Of a stretch of DNA of 64,000 bases, positions 12,701 to 25,470 are shown in pieces. Every line of letters starts with the position of its first letter. The stretch's first letter is position 1. The position numbers were made by a program, and so were the translations under genes. Source of the DNA: Vicugna vicugna. Lineage: Eukaryota. The stretch is from NCBI GenBank assembly GCA_013265495.1, contig MU058636.1:5987741-6051740 (forward strand), given 5' to 3'. The notes below the pieces were generated by a model. The model made no database searches. It was not told the origin of the DNA and saw only the letters and a program-made list of their open reading frames with translations.

Positions 12701-13969
12701 CCTTCTGGGACACCCCTCGTAGGAGTTTCTACGTGTATAGATGGTTCGCGTTGCAGTTGTTTTTTGTGCCTGTCTTTTCCACTGTGATTCAGACTTCTCA
12801 ACAGCAGGAGTATTTGCATAAGTATCCTTTAAAAGTGGGTTAAAGTAAGACTTTAGTAAAGTTTCTAAAAAGAACAAATTAATATATGAGGAAATTTTTC
12901 AAATACATAGTTGTAATGGTAAGTGGAATTTCCAAACGAGTTAGATTGAACTCTCCTTGGGAAGGAGAATGTAGAAACTATCTTTATTTTTATTTGGGGG
13001 GCTATGGATTTACTTCCTGCTTTAGGGCTGTAATTTGTATTCTTGTAAGCTGATTCTATCTAGGCAAATTTATGAAAATTTGATGTGAGTTGAAAAAAAC
13101 CTCAGAGATCTCCCAGTGCAGTTATTCAGACATGTGAACAATCGCAGCAACTCTGAAAAGTCTATTATAGCCTTTGCACTGGGTATTTGGGGAGCCCAGA
13201 AGATCAGGATATAGCTATTTGTTGCGGAGTGTAGGCAGAATGGTGGCCAGGACAACATCTAATAGACTGTGATATTAAGCATAACCGCAGGGAGTATTTA
13301 ATTCATCATGCTTAGAAACAAACGCAAAAGCTGAAGAGGGATTTTCATTTTATGATAATGCTGGAATGCCAGTGTTGAGAACAAGATCAGCGTTTCCATT
13401 ACTACAGAATACTCAGTAAAGCTAAAGCCAAAGCTAAAATGTAGCTCTGCTGCAGCATAATAGAGTGTCTCTGCTCAATACCCTTGTTTATCTTCCTGCA
13501 TCAAAGTGATAAATGAATTTCTAACTACCTTTGAGATTTCATAACTCTCAGAAGCAATGCTTTTCTATTTTAAGATGATTTCAAAGAAAAATCAAATATT
13601 CCAAAAACCATGTAGGCAGTGCTTAGAATTTGTAGGCAAACAGATGAATCTCTTTACAATTAATTATAAAAGAGAAAAAAAGCTCACCTTCTTCCTGTTC
13701 TTCCTCCAATTTTTTTTTTTTTTGCTTCAGAAAACTGGACATGGTTCAGTAAAGATACCCCCTTAAAGAAACATTTCCCAGTGATGACAGTGTTTGATAG
13801 GCTGTGATTCAAGCCCTCCCGATTGGTGAAATATGCTGCTTTTAGACTGAAAAATGATGTTACTATATCATGTCGCTAGTCAGCCATGCACTTTGAGTCC
13901 CTTCCTGCGCGGAAAAGGGTTATACCAAGCCATCTGCTCAGATGCTTTCAGGAAAAGCAAGACTCATTA

Positions 13970-14190
13970 ATTTTCCTCTTTAACAAGAATGCATTGAGCT
14001 CTGCTTTGTGTTTGGCATTGCACTAGAATACAGTGATGAATGAAGATTGTTCCTGACATCATAGTAGGGGAAAGGAAAAAATTGTTTTTGCAATGCAATG
14101 GTATAATGTTATTCCAGGAGTGAGGATAAGATGTTACGGGAGTACACAGTGGAACCTCTAATCTAGCCCTGGGAAGCATTCAGATGGGGA
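13970..14190 (-). mobile_element. L2 3' fragment
   Basis: cattgagctctgctttgtgtttggcattgcactagaatacagtgatgaatgaagattgttcctgac. Confidence 0.6.
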
Positions 14191-14479
14191 ACATTCTTTA
14201 AGGCAACACACATCAGAATAGCTCGCTGACTATCTGTGTTAGATGTCCAGTCTGTGGCTGGGTCACATAGTCCTTCTCTATCAGCCTGTTCAGCAACTTG
14301 ATCTTATTAGAATGATGCTAAACTGACTCCACTGTGGGATGTTGCTTCGTACTCTTCATAGCAATATACAGTTACAGTTACGTCTACTTATGAAACCAGG
14401 GAGTTTTTTTTTTTCTTTCTTATCAAAAGAAATCTGTGTTTTAGCACATTTTATGAGAAACAAAGAGGAATAAGGAAGC

Positions 14480-14620
14480 TTGGGAGTGATGGATATGTTC
14501 ATTATCTTAATTATGTGATGGTTTCACAGGTGTATATATGTCAAAACTTAATCAAATTGTACACTTTACATGTGTGCACTTTATTGTGTGTTGAGTATAC
14601 TTCAAAAATCTTGAAAATAA
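14480..14620 (+). mobile_element. L1MB/ME extreme 3' end
   Basis: gatggatatgttcattatcttaattatgtgatggtttcacaggtgtatatatgtcaaaactt...aaattgtacacttta. Confidence 0.85.
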
Positions 14621-15559
14621 TATGTTAGGTACACCACTGCTAAACAAATCTAAGAGATCACTGATATTTCAATAAATGATTTCTACTAATCAGGGACTTA
14701 AATTCACTGGATTTGCTGTCTCTCAATCCTGTCTTCTATTTCCAAATGCATCAAGGGCTGCACTAGATTAGAGTTCAGAACTCATCTAGACAGAGAGAAA
14801 GGCACTGCTCACTGGGGCCCCTGCAGGGGAGGAGGTATTATTTTGGGTGGAGGCGGCAGTTGATAGGTAGTGAACTGCAGCTAATTCCTTGGAAAATTTT
14901 CAGAACTGGGAAGCCAACACAAAATAATTTGGAGCTTGTTTCTAGCTGGCATCAATTTGCAGCAAAATATCAGGGCTAAAGGCCAGGAATGGAAAGATGG
15001 GTAGTTTGGAATAATGGTGCTAGAGACTGACTACAGGAGGCTAGTTCAACAGGGGCTTGCTTTCTTGATCATTTATAGACATGAATGCAGCACAAGGAAA
15101 TAAATTAATGTGGGATGAAGGGATGCGTATGGGTGCAGGTTAAGACATCCCCATATCCTTTCCAATCCTCAGAGACCAGATGACTCAAAGATTAGGTGGA
15201 AAAAAAGGAAACAAATGAGTCACTACAGACATTCCTGTAACTTTCCATTCTTATTGCCAGAATTGTCCCTTAATGCCTCAATGGCTCTAGCTTCATAAAA
15301 CAGGAAGTTCTGATGCCATTAGGGGACTTTTGTGTGCGTAATGATAGGGTACTTCATGTCTCTGAGGCAGCAGGGGAGGCGGGGCCTCTCTGACACTTGG
15401 TACTATGTTTCTCCTTCCCCCACTTTCCTACCCAGGTCCAGAAATCCCCTGCATACCTTGTAGCTGGCACTTCACTTTCCTGTTAGACAGAGTACACAGC
15501 TCACCTGGCCTGGCTCAGACCAGGCTAGGGTCAACTCAGCCCCTCTGCTCACCCCTTTC

Positions 15560-15738
15560 AGGGTTCTCATCACTCTGGGTGTGAGTGCCTATTCTCGCAT
15601 CTACATTCTCCATGAAGCATGTGCTTGTTCAGAGGAGGGAGCAAGTCTCCTCTGCACACTGTTGTGTCCCTAACACAGGGCTAGGTATATAGTAGGTACT
15701 TAATAAATATTGCTAAATGGATGGATGGGTGGGTGGGT
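15560..15738 (+). mobile_element. L2 3' terminus
   Basis: tagtaggtacttaataaatattgctaaatggatggatgg. Confidence 0.65.
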
Positions 15739-16689
15739 AAAATCTTTCTTATATATACTTTGCTGTAGTTCCAAACATGTGGATTGACTTATCTATGTTT
15801 CACCAACATTACAGTTGGTAGTCCATAGCAATCAAAAACAATGAGTGGAACTAAACAACTGAGTTGGCAAAACTGTTGTCTTCATCCCACTGAGATTTGT
15901 AAATGATCCCCAGACAAGATCTTAGCAGTTAGAGGGACTCCAAAGCCGGGAAATCAGTAGTCACTTAACACATTCAGAAATGCCACTCAGGAAGATGTAT
16001 AACTTCCTTCCCTTGACATTGGAAAAGCTCCTAAACCACCCTTAGTAATTTTAGTCAATGAAATTCAATCTCATCTAAACACAGAAAGGTTTTAAATTAT
16101 GGCCTAGTTTTAAATTATAAATAGAACACTTGAAAGTTTAAGGGTAACTGGAATTCTTTCAGAGACATGTCTCTCCTTAAGGTACATTGGGTTATTGCCT
16201 AAAAGTAATAGAGGTTATGCATCAAACAATGGACAAAGTATTTTGGGGGCAATCAGTGTAGCTTAGTGGAAGACATTGCTACATCAGAGGTATTCTGCAC
16301 TCACTTGCCTAATTCTGTGCTTTTAAGAATGTTCTCCAGGCCCTTCCTAACCCCCTTCCCAACCATGCCCCTCCCCATGGGGTAAAAACTCATCTCTTAT
16401 AACTCGGCTCAAGAATCACTTTCTCTAAGAAGCCTTTCCAGACACGGACCCTGCTTTTACCCAACATGCCCTTACAACTGAACTCTCTTCTTTGTGCTTC
16501 TGCTTTTTCTTGTCCGGATGTCAGTTATAGCAGCTGTAACATATACATCCCTTTACCAGACCATAAACCAGGATCTGAAGTGTGGGAATATTGTTTTATT
16601 CAATATCATATTGTCAGCAAAAATGACTATAGTCCTCCCTTTCCAGCAGTCAGTAATGTGTTTTTTTTCTTTTTGAACTATTTTTAAAT

Positions 16690-17000
16690 TCTAAATACTT
16701 TTATTTTGAAATAATTTTAGATTTAAAGAAAGTTGCAAAACCAGTACAGATAGTTTCTGTGTTCCATTCATCCAGCTTCTCCTGATGTTCACATCTTCCA
16801 TAACTATGGTACCATTCCCCATATTAAGAAATTAACATTGGCCCAATACCGTTAAGTATAGATATTATTTGCATTTCACCAGTTTCCATTGAAAAACTTT
16901 GTCCTTTTTCTTTTCCAGAATCCAGTGTAGCATACCAAATTGCATTTACTTGTCTCCTCCAAACTGTGATAATTCCTCTGTCTTTCCTTATCTCTCATGA
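16690..17000 (-). mobile_element. L1MC/MD 3' end
   Basis: ttttattttgaaataattttagatttaaagaaagttgcaaaa...catccagcttctcctgatgttcacatc. Confidence 0.8.
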
Positions 17001-17004
17001 GAAT

Positions 17005-17370
17005 AGTGAGGAAGAGCAAGGTTTGGTGAAAATGTCAGGAATGCAGGACATGTTGGATATGGGTGTTAATTAGGCATCCAAGTAGAGATGGGAAGTAAGA
17101 AGCTGGACATTTAAGTCTGAAGTTCAGGAGGAGGTTTGTACTAAAGATATAAATCTAGGGGGTATCACTACTTATAGGATCTTTAGAGCTCTGAGAATAG
17201 ATCAAGTCGCCAGTGCAGGGGGCACAGGTGGAGAGGCGCACAAGGTCAAGGACCAAGCTGGATGGCCCCAGGTCAGAGGTCAGGGAGCTGGGGCAAAGCC
17301 AGCAAAGATGGATGAAAAGGAACAGCCAGAGTGGAATGAGGAGTGTGCATGTTCCTTCAGTGGTAGTCAG
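17005..17370 (-). mobile_element. L2 fragment
   Basis: ggcatccaagtagagatgggaagtaagaagctggacatttaagtctgaagttcaggaggagg. Confidence 0.7.
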
Positions 17371-17386
17371 GGAAGGCAGTTTTCTA

Positions 17387-18202
17387 CTGTTTAGGAAAAA
17401 ACTCTGGGTTTTTTTTTTCCTTCTTTTACTTTCTACTACTCAAATTCTCGGACACTTCTAACACCAGATGTGCGGGTTTTCCACACCACGTAGTCCTGAC
17501 ACTGACTGCCTGGAGTTAGCATTGACCCCATAAGTTAAGGGCTCAGTCCCACAGACTGCCCCCACTTCAGACACCAATCACATATAGTAGGTCCCTCAGG
17601 TACCAACTTCTGCCTGACTTGGTTTCCATGACCCCTTCCTTGGGATCAATCATTTGCTAGAACAGTTCACAGAACTCAAGGAAGCACTTGTGTTTACCAG
17701 CTTATGACATAATAAAGGATATGATAAAGGATACAGATGAACCCTCAGATGGAAAGATGCATAGGGCAAGGCCTGGGAGGGTCCCAAATACAGAAGTTTC
17801 TATCCCCCTGGAGACAGAGGGTGTCGCTTCTGGCATGAAGATGTATTCACCCACCTAGAAGCTCTCAGAACACTTTACTTTTGGGGTTTTTATGGAAGCT
17901 TCATTATGTCGGCAGAATTGATTATTAACTCCATTTCCAACTCCTCTCCCCTCTCCAGGGAATGGGAGGTGGGGCTGAACTTGCCAAGCTTCTAATCATG
18001 GTTTGGTCCTTCTGGTGACCATCCCTATCCAGGAGCTTATCGAGTCGCTTCATTAGAACAAAAGATATTCCTATGACACAGGAAATTCCAAAGGATTTAG
18101 GAGTTCTGTGTCACATGTTCCTTAGGAAATCACAAAGGCTTTAGGAGCTCTGTGTCAGGAACCAGGGCAGAAATCACCATATGTTTTTTCTATTATTTCA
18201 CG
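17387..18202 (-). mobile_element. MER21A/B-like solo LTR
   Basis: Reverse MER21 motifs cctggagttagcattgaccccataagttaagggctcagtcccac; aggatttaggagttctgtgtc; about 800 bp. Confidence 0.8.
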
Positions 18203-18870
18203 ACCACTTATGGAAAAAACACTGGTCTATTTCCTTAATGTAGCACAGCCTCCATCCCCTTGTGTGAAATAGAAAGGATGTCTGTGGGCTTTAGCCCAAA
18301 GGTGTCAGTGAGCGTATCAGTGGCATCACTTACCACGGCACAGGCAGAATCATGATTGATAAAGAATGAGGGAAAAAGTTCTTATTTTGTAAAAATGTAT
18401 CTGTTAACCTCTTACAACAGAGAAGAAAGACAAAATGGCTGTGTGTTTATACTTTGAGTGGTTTGGGTTGTGGATCTGTCCCCAACGAGTGTTCCTTACT
18501 CCTATCAGTCCACGTAGACTGGAATTGCAGAATGGCGCCTTCTCACACCAGAGCATATCAGACGACCAAGGGGTTGTCCTGGAGGATGATTCTGGGTCAG
18601 GGCTGCGTCTGGGTTCCCTGCTTCACTGCTGGTACTTCTCAGGAGACCCTGATGGCACTAACACCTGACCTCTTTTCACCTTCAGCCTTCAATCTGTTAC
18701 TTCAGTCTCCCTAGATGTGCCAAAAACAGAGATGTCCAGTTATACCAACGAGTTTATACCAAAAAGTTTACCCCTCAACTAAATCAAGAGAAAGAGAGAA
18801 AGAGAGGAAAAAGGAAAAACAAAACCCTGATGAGGTCAAAATTTAAAGCTGCAGAATCAGAAAAGCTTAC

Positions 18871-19280
18871 CATAAAGCATACAGTGACTTCAAAGCATCC
18901 CAGCCAAAGGCAGAGTGTGTACGTCTCCAGGAGGAACTCACCCTGCAGAGCAGCTTGGTGTTTGGCAGTGGCAAATCCACACCTGCTAGAAGCAACAGGG
19001 AACCCGAGTTCAGGAGCACAGCCTTCTCTTACTCGGAGCAAAAGGAAGAGCTTGCAAAGAATACACAGTATCTGCCAACTACACATTTGCATCAGAACTC
19101 TTTAAAATCAACTAGGAAAGCAAACAAATGTTTCTGCATCTGGAAGAACAAAGGGTGTAGTCTTGTAGGGAAATATTTTATTTGCATGAATATACAAACC
19201 CTGTAGTAAATTCTTTGTTCAAACCTCTGTGGAGAACTACTAAGCAAATAGACAGAAGCAAAATAGGAAGTGAAATGCTT
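18871..19280 (-). promoter_or_regulatory. Candidate promoter/enhancer with possible minus-strand 5' exon
   Basis: Octamers ATTTGCAT at 19085-19092 and 19180-19187; GGAAGTGAAA at 19266-19275; minus-strand donors AGG|GTGAGT (18942/18941), ATG|GTAAGC (18871/18870), CGA|GTAAGA (19033/19032). Confidence 0.35.
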
Positions 19281-19543
19281 CAGTTGCATCCGTTCTTTGA
19301 AGAATATGTTAATTTCTTAGATATTGGGCAAAAGTTCAGAAGGCTTCTAGAAGAAACAACGTAGTACCTGGGAGGTTGTCTTCCTGGGATCAGAAGCTGG
19401 GTGAAGTCATTGATCTTAGGCCACCAGGGCCTGGCAGCATTACCCCACAGGCGCTGCCTCTCAGTTGGGAGAGGCGTCCACCCACCCACTGTTACCAGTG
19501 CTTTTATGGTCTTTCTAAGACTCAAGCATTCCTCACTCTTTAA

Positions 19544-19622
19544 TTTTTTTTTTTATTGACGTATAGTTGACTTACAATGTTGTGTTAGTTTCTGGTGTAC
19601 TGCATAGTAGTTTAGTTATACA

Positions 19623-19673
<51 letters not shown>

Positions 19674-19736
19674 TTATACATATATTCTTTTTCATATTAT
19701 TTTTCATTATAAGCAGCTACATTCAATATCTTGTAA
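19544..19736 (-). mobile_element. Short, relatively young L1 3' end with internal (TATC)n and small 5' inversion
   Basis: polyT then tattgacgtatagttgacttacaatgttgtgttagtttctggtgtac; 19714-19736 reverse-complements to ttacaagatattgaatgtagctg, the expected next consensus block. Confidence 0.8.
19623..19672. repeat. (TATC)n tetranucleotide microsatellite, about 12 units
   Basis: Direct reading. Confidence 0.95.
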
Positions 19737-19824
19737 GAGATATTTTTTAAACGATAGGCAGAGAGTTACTCAAGAATAATTTGTTTTCAGTCTTATTTGT
19801 TTTCTAGAAGTGCCGCTTAATAAT

Positions 19825-20000
19825 TGTGTGATTTTACACAAGCCATAACCTTTCTCTTGGCCTTGGTTTCCTCAACTTTAAATTGGCAATAATTACACAT
19901 GTGCTAAGAGAAAGAATGAGAATACGTGAACTCCAGCATGTGAAAGAGCCTAGCAGAGAGCCTGGAATATACAGATACTTTGTAAATCTTTGTTTTGTAA
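19825..20000 (+). mobile_element. MIR
   Basis: aacctttctcttggccttggtttcctcaactttaaattggcaataat...gtgaaagagcctagcagagagcctgg. Confidence 0.65.
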
Positions 20001-20659
20001 CGGAGTAAGAATGCATAAATATTTAAAAGAGACTAACTATTTCCCAAGTGAGGAATAACTGTGACCCACTAATACACATGATCAGTTGGGAGCACTATTT
20101 TAAAATGAGATCAATGATATCTTGAAAACAAAATCTAGAACAAGATGCTCCATAGGTAACTAATGCATTTTCATATTTATGGAAAGCAGACACCACCAGT
20201 TTGGCTACTTCTGTTTCCAGATTTCACAGAAATGCAAATTATGTAATTTATCTTTTAAGTTCAAGGCCAGTCTAGCCATTTCTTCCTCCTATGATCTGGA
20301 ATGACAAAATTGTTCAGACTCAGATGACCAGGACTGGTTGCTTTTTTGGCAAGACATTTCAGTGCCAATTATGCATTTCATATTTAGTGTTTATTGTTAT
20401 TTCAAAATCTGATTTAGAGAACATAAAAAATATTGAACAGAATGCATTTTTAATGAACCTCGAGACTCCTGAGGAACTTTCATAACAAAATTAATGCAGC
20501 CTATGGGACAGAAAGTTGGCACCAAATGAACTCATGACTGAAAGTGTGTTTGTATGTTATTGTTTGTGTTTATTTTTGGACAAATAGAGCTGCTAATATT
20601 GACTTCCACTCAACGAATTCAATGTTTCTATTTCCTATAATTCATTCAGTGGCACTAAG

Positions 20660-20790
20660 AGTTGCCACTTGTAAAACAATCATTATATGTCAGACTTTAT
20701 GTAATTAATGTCATTTGATCCTCACCACAAACTTATGAGTACTTTTTATTATCCAGTTTGACATGTGAAATCATGTCTCATAGCTTGTGG
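20660..20790 (-). mobile_element. MIR fragment
   Basis: tcatttgatcctcaccacaaacttatgag...ttattatccagtttgacatgtgaaa. Confidence 0.55.
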
Positions 20791-20969
20791 CTCCTGGGAT
20801 CAGTTCAAGGAGAAGAGTGGGAGACAACATAGTAACAAGACATTGCGTAGGATAAGCATAAATTTGTTAAAGTTTGAGCATTATTTTAGTTTTTTTCTTA
20901 AGTAAAAAATAGAAAGTTTTCCCCTGAGAAAAATTTTGATAAGGAATATGTTTGAAAAATTAGACTTTA

Positions 20970-22085
20970 GGACTTCTGCTTCCGTCTATGAAGGATTAAC
21001 TGTTATGGACTTGGCTCTTCCACCACCACAGTTGGAAAATTAAGCAAAGTATAGAAAATAATTACTTTCAAACCTTGAACAATAGGCAATGTGATTCCAA
21101 CACAAGGGAGGTAAATGAGATGAGCCCTGTAATTGTTCCAATCAGGAGGCAGTTTCAAGGTGTAATATAAGAAGGACAAACAAAATCCAGAGTTTTACTA
21201 AGTTGAGAAGGCAGACATCAGAATTCAGGCAGTTAACATTGGAAGGGAAGGGAATACCAGAGGGGACAGATAATAGAGAGAGTCAGGGACAGAGATGCAA
21301 AGAGGGAAGGAAATAAGAGTACTGAGAAGCTTCAGCAGAACTTCTTTTGCTGAATATCAACCAGTTCATGCAAAGCTCAAAGCTCTGGGTGGCTGGGGAA
21401 GAAAGCAGTAGACAGAATAACTCCCAGAGTTCACATAGGATCCTCAATACTTGAGCATCAGGTAGAATGTTCAGGAAGATGTTGCCTCAGTAATTGGGCT
21501 AAATGAGGCCTGGACTAAAGGTTGCTCTAGACCTGCTTTAGTGTTGAAAGAACCAAACTAATTTCAAAGAAATTAACTACATGCCAGACAAAGTCCAACA
21601 ATATAAAATTTTTAGTATCTGGCAATCAGTAAAAAAATTAGCAGGAAAGTAGAAAAGCAGAAAAATACGACCCATAATCAATTAAAAGAAACAGACCTAG
21701 AAATGGCAAAGATGACGTTATCACAAAGGCCTTAAAATAGCTATTATAAATATGCTCCATATGCTCAAAGTGTAGAAGGAAACATGAGCATGTTGAGAGG
21801 AGAAATGGAAGACAGATTAAGAAAAAAGAACTGAATAGAACTTCTAGATATGAAAAGCACAATATCGAAAATGAAAAAAAATCACCGGATGGGCTTAAGC
21901 GTAGATTAGACATTGTAGAAGATCGATGAATTTGAATACATAGCAATAGAAATTGTTCAAAATTAAACACAAAAAGATAAAAAGATTGGAAAACATAAAT
22001 GAACAGAGCATCAGTGACCCCTTGGGACCACAGTAAGAAGACCAACATGTGAGACTTGAGTTCCAGGGAGGGTGAGGGGTGTATT
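20970..22085 (+). mobile_element. Old L1M 5' region with decayed ORF1 start
   Basis: gacttctgcttcc 5' start; A-rich ORF1 coiled-coil blocks (gctattataaatatgctcc, gaacttctagatatgaaaagcacaata, gaacagagcatcagtgaccc). Confidence 0.75.
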
Positions 22086-22099
22086 TGACAAATTAGATA

Positions 22100-22450
22100 C
22101 AGAGGGGATTTATTGGCCCATAAAATTAGGAGGTATAGTTTCAGTCCTGCTACCTTTAAGTGCTCAAAAGATGTCAGTAATGTGCCTGTTTCTTCTCTTA
22201 TTTGTGCTTTCTCTTCAATTTTGACGTCATTCTATAAGTAGGCTCTCTCCATGAGATTCTGATTGGCCCAAGGCGAGCCAAGTGCCCACTTGGACCGGTT
22301 CTTGTTGTCAGAGAGTGAAGAATTCTGACTGACACATCCTGGATCAGGTACCATCCTGTGCAGGACAGGCTGTGGCACCATGAAAATGGAGAGGGGAAGT
22401 TTCTTCAAAAGTTACAAGGGTGCTAAGTGAATAAAAACGGCAGATGTTCT
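22100..22450 (-). mobile_element. MLT1J/K-like MaLR LTR fragment
   Basis: ttctgattggcccaagg...gtgcccacttggaccgg...ttctgactgac...ctggatcaggt. Confidence 0.5.
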
Positions 22451-22579
22451 TAATACCATCCTTTAGATTCAGCCCATCCAAGAATGACTTTTTATTTACA
22501 CTGTTTCCCACTGAACTTGGCAATTCATTTCCTAATGCTTTGTGACATTGTGTGTGTCATTGTGTTGAATCTGTCATTG

Positions 22580-22725
22580 AGCTCTTATAAACGTTTCCTT
22601 CCAGCTAGATATTAAGTGCCTTGAGAGCAGCAACCATGTCTCATATATTTTTAATCTCTCCCAGTGGCTTGCAGAGTGTCTCTCAAATGACAGCAGAATG
22701 AATGTTTGTTTTGATGAATTTGTTG
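22580..22725 (+). mobile_element. L2 3' terminus
   Basis: ctagatattaagtgccttgagagcagcaaccatgtctc...aatgtttgttttgatgaat. Confidence 0.6.
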
Positions 22726-24429
22726 CAGGGACTAGTCAAATGCTCCCATTAAGCTGAGGAGAAATTAGATTGAATAAATACCCTCAGCCTGTGCCATCAC
22801 GAAAGAAGAGTAAAGTGTTCATTAAAAACTAATTGGTAAGCAATTTGCAAATGAGAAACTTGTTTCTTTCTTTTTCTCTCTCTCTCTTGTCAGCATCACC
22901 AAAGCCTTGATGAAAATGCCTAGAGCAAAGAGGTAGATTCTTACATTTCCATTTGGCATTTCTTGCTGCCCAGAATCTTTGGGCTCAGACAGAGCATGTG
23001 GATGCTTATGTGATGGGATTTGATGGATACTTCAAGGTCCTCTTGCTCTAATATGTCCCTCTGGGTGTCCTGAAAATCCCTTAATTCAAAGTCAGTTATT
23101 GTCAATTAAGATACCGTGGGTCCTCCAGACTCCTTTAAAAATGCAAACACGAAGAAGGGGGGATATTATTACTCATTAGCATCTTTGCCTGATTTGTTTC
23201 TCCAAAGTAGCTTTGGCCGCCTAACAGGGCCCTGAGGAAATGGGGGAAGGTCCAGGACGGGCTCGGGGAGTGATGGGAGGAGGGCATGTGGATGATGGGC
23301 TAGTTTGGGGGATGGCAGAACCCCAGTGCCCTGGAGAGCATATTAGACATCTGGGGGGACATAGATTTAAAAGGGACATGAAAGGTAACTGGGAAGGTGC
23401 CCCTATTACCTCTCTTGTGTAGACAAATACCCTTTTCATCTCAGTACAGGTATGATGGGGGAAAGAAAACTAAAACAAAGCAAACACGGAGGCACAGGGA
23501 CAAATGTGGGCTTAGTTCCTTGAGTCTAAGACGTTGTCATCCAGTCACAGACGACTGCAGGCCCCATGTCCTTGGCCTCCGCTTGTCTTGAGTACAGAGC
23601 CCAGACACTCTTCTTCCTACTCACTTCTGTCAACCTTTATCCCTTATAGTCTTAGGGGCTGAAGGCAGAGTCTCAGTTTTATTGGCCAAGATAGATACCT
23701 GGCCTACTCGTTCCCTCTTCTTGAGAGAAAGGGAGTGGAAATTACCCTATCCATTGCAAGACCCATCTCAATTTCAGAGACGTTTACCGGGAGAGAAGTA
23801 AATCTTAGAGATAAGAAAACAGTTAGGAGGAAGTGACTGGTGGCCCTTACTGGGTAGATAAACACCTTCTGGAACCAAGAACTCTCACATATTCACCGAT
23901 AAGTCAGGCACACAGCATCTCCCCTACCTCCCAAGTGGAACAACAGTTCACTCACTTGAAACAAAGCACCCACTACACACTGTGCTTGGATCACACAGGT
24001 TCTGGGACCCAGAGGCTCATGCTTTCTGGGCCCAGTGCAGAGCCTCCAAATCAAAGCTTTCATCAGTAAACTTCAAAGCTGGGACCTGGGAGCATTTAAA
24101 GACAGGCGATACCTCCCTGACATGGCGATTAGGTTAACCTACCAAAAGGAGGCATCAAGGCCCCTCCGGCAGAGTCTCCGTTCCTCTGGGCTTGCTCCCT
24201 GCCAGACGAGGAATATTCATTTGGTGTTACCAAGTGATCCCCTTCCATCTTAATCATGGATCTAGGGACCTTGCCGACTGCGTTCCTCATGATTCCTTCA
24301 GTGTCTTTTGCCCTCATTGTAAATAGCTTTCAGAAACCTGAAATGAAATTGCATCTACTTTTCCTCTCCCTCCATCAGTCTGAGTCATCTTCACTTGGAA
24401 TCAGTTGTGCCTTCTAGCCCTTTTAAAGA

Positions 24430-24900
24430 ATCATTACTTTCACGGGGGGAGAAAAATGATCACTCGGCCGGATGCTGTGGAATGTAAGGGGACTGGGCAG
24501 GGAGGCAAGAGTGAGACCGCTGTCCCCACGGTCCTCGATGAGCTCACGTCCGCCATTCCATTCAGTTATAAAAATGTGCACCAGCTCGGTCGCCTTAGAT
24601 TAAAATGCTTGCATATAATTTCCTCACACATTTTCATTTGGTTAGTACCAGGCCTCAGGAAGGGCCCATTCCTTTCCCAGGTCTGTAATAGCTTCACTCT
24701 CTAAATCATTTTCTCCCTTGTGTGTTGGCCTCGCAGAATTTCAGCTCAGAACAGAGGGACGGAAATCACCACGGTAACCGTGGCTGCCTAGGCTGCAGTT
24801 TTGCTTTGTTTTTTCAAATAAAAATAACAAGCAGATAGGCTGTTTTCTCTTAATGTCTCTAATAGGTTAAAAGTGTCCAAAACTCTGCTTTTTCTTAAGC
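24430..24900. promoter_or_regulatory. Candidate enhancer (CpG-enriched, palindromic X-box-like site)
   Basis: Non-repeat, raised CpG; CCACGGT-A-ACCGTGG at 24769-24783; CATTCC and GGAATG (TEAD-type) motifs. Confidence 0.3.
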
Positions 24901-25269
24901 CAATAGGAAGCTGAATCTGAGCTACAAGGGAGGAGGCATCATTTGGGTGTGATTGACCAGGGAGGAACTGATCCTCTGCAGTGTGACCTTACAGCCCTTT
25001 AGCTCTTGTGCCCCGTCAGGTTCTCAGCATCTTTCTGTCTCTACCTGTTCTGGGTCCAGTTTCCCTGAGCCCATGTCCTCACCTTGCCTCTGCCTTCCAA
25101 ACTTCTATCCAGATGGACCTGTCTGATGGATGGCCCATTCTTTCAGTGCCTTGCTTTCTGCTTTTCGACTATACTCTTAGGTAACCTCTGAAGATAGCTT
25201 ATATTATCTTGGAGAAGGAAGCAATGCCATTAATGGAACTTGAAGAAACTACTAAGAATGTATAGGCTG

Positions 25270-25470
25270 GTGTGTGGCAAGACTGCAGAACTGATGATAA
25301 GTACTAGAATAGAATTGGGATATTGCTGACTGGCTGTATAAGTCTGAACAAGTGAATTAACGAGGCTGGGCCTCAGTCTATTCATCTTCATAATGGGGTT
25401 ATTAATTTACATTTCATAGGGATGCTGTAAAGTTTTGTACACTGCCTATTTTTAGGACTTGATACAAAGT
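25270..25470 (+). mobile_element. MIR
   Basis: caagtgaattaac...gggcctcagtctattcatcttcataatggggttattaat. Confidence 0.6.

Noticed and set aside
18080..18158. About 44-bp imperfect tandem duplication; also a 33-bp one at 40680-40745
   Set aside because: Both lie inside LTRs, where short internal duplications are common; not CRISPR-like or functional arrays
21638..22048. 136-aa hydrophobic minus-strand ORF
   Set aside because: Antisense reading of A-rich decayed L1 ORF1
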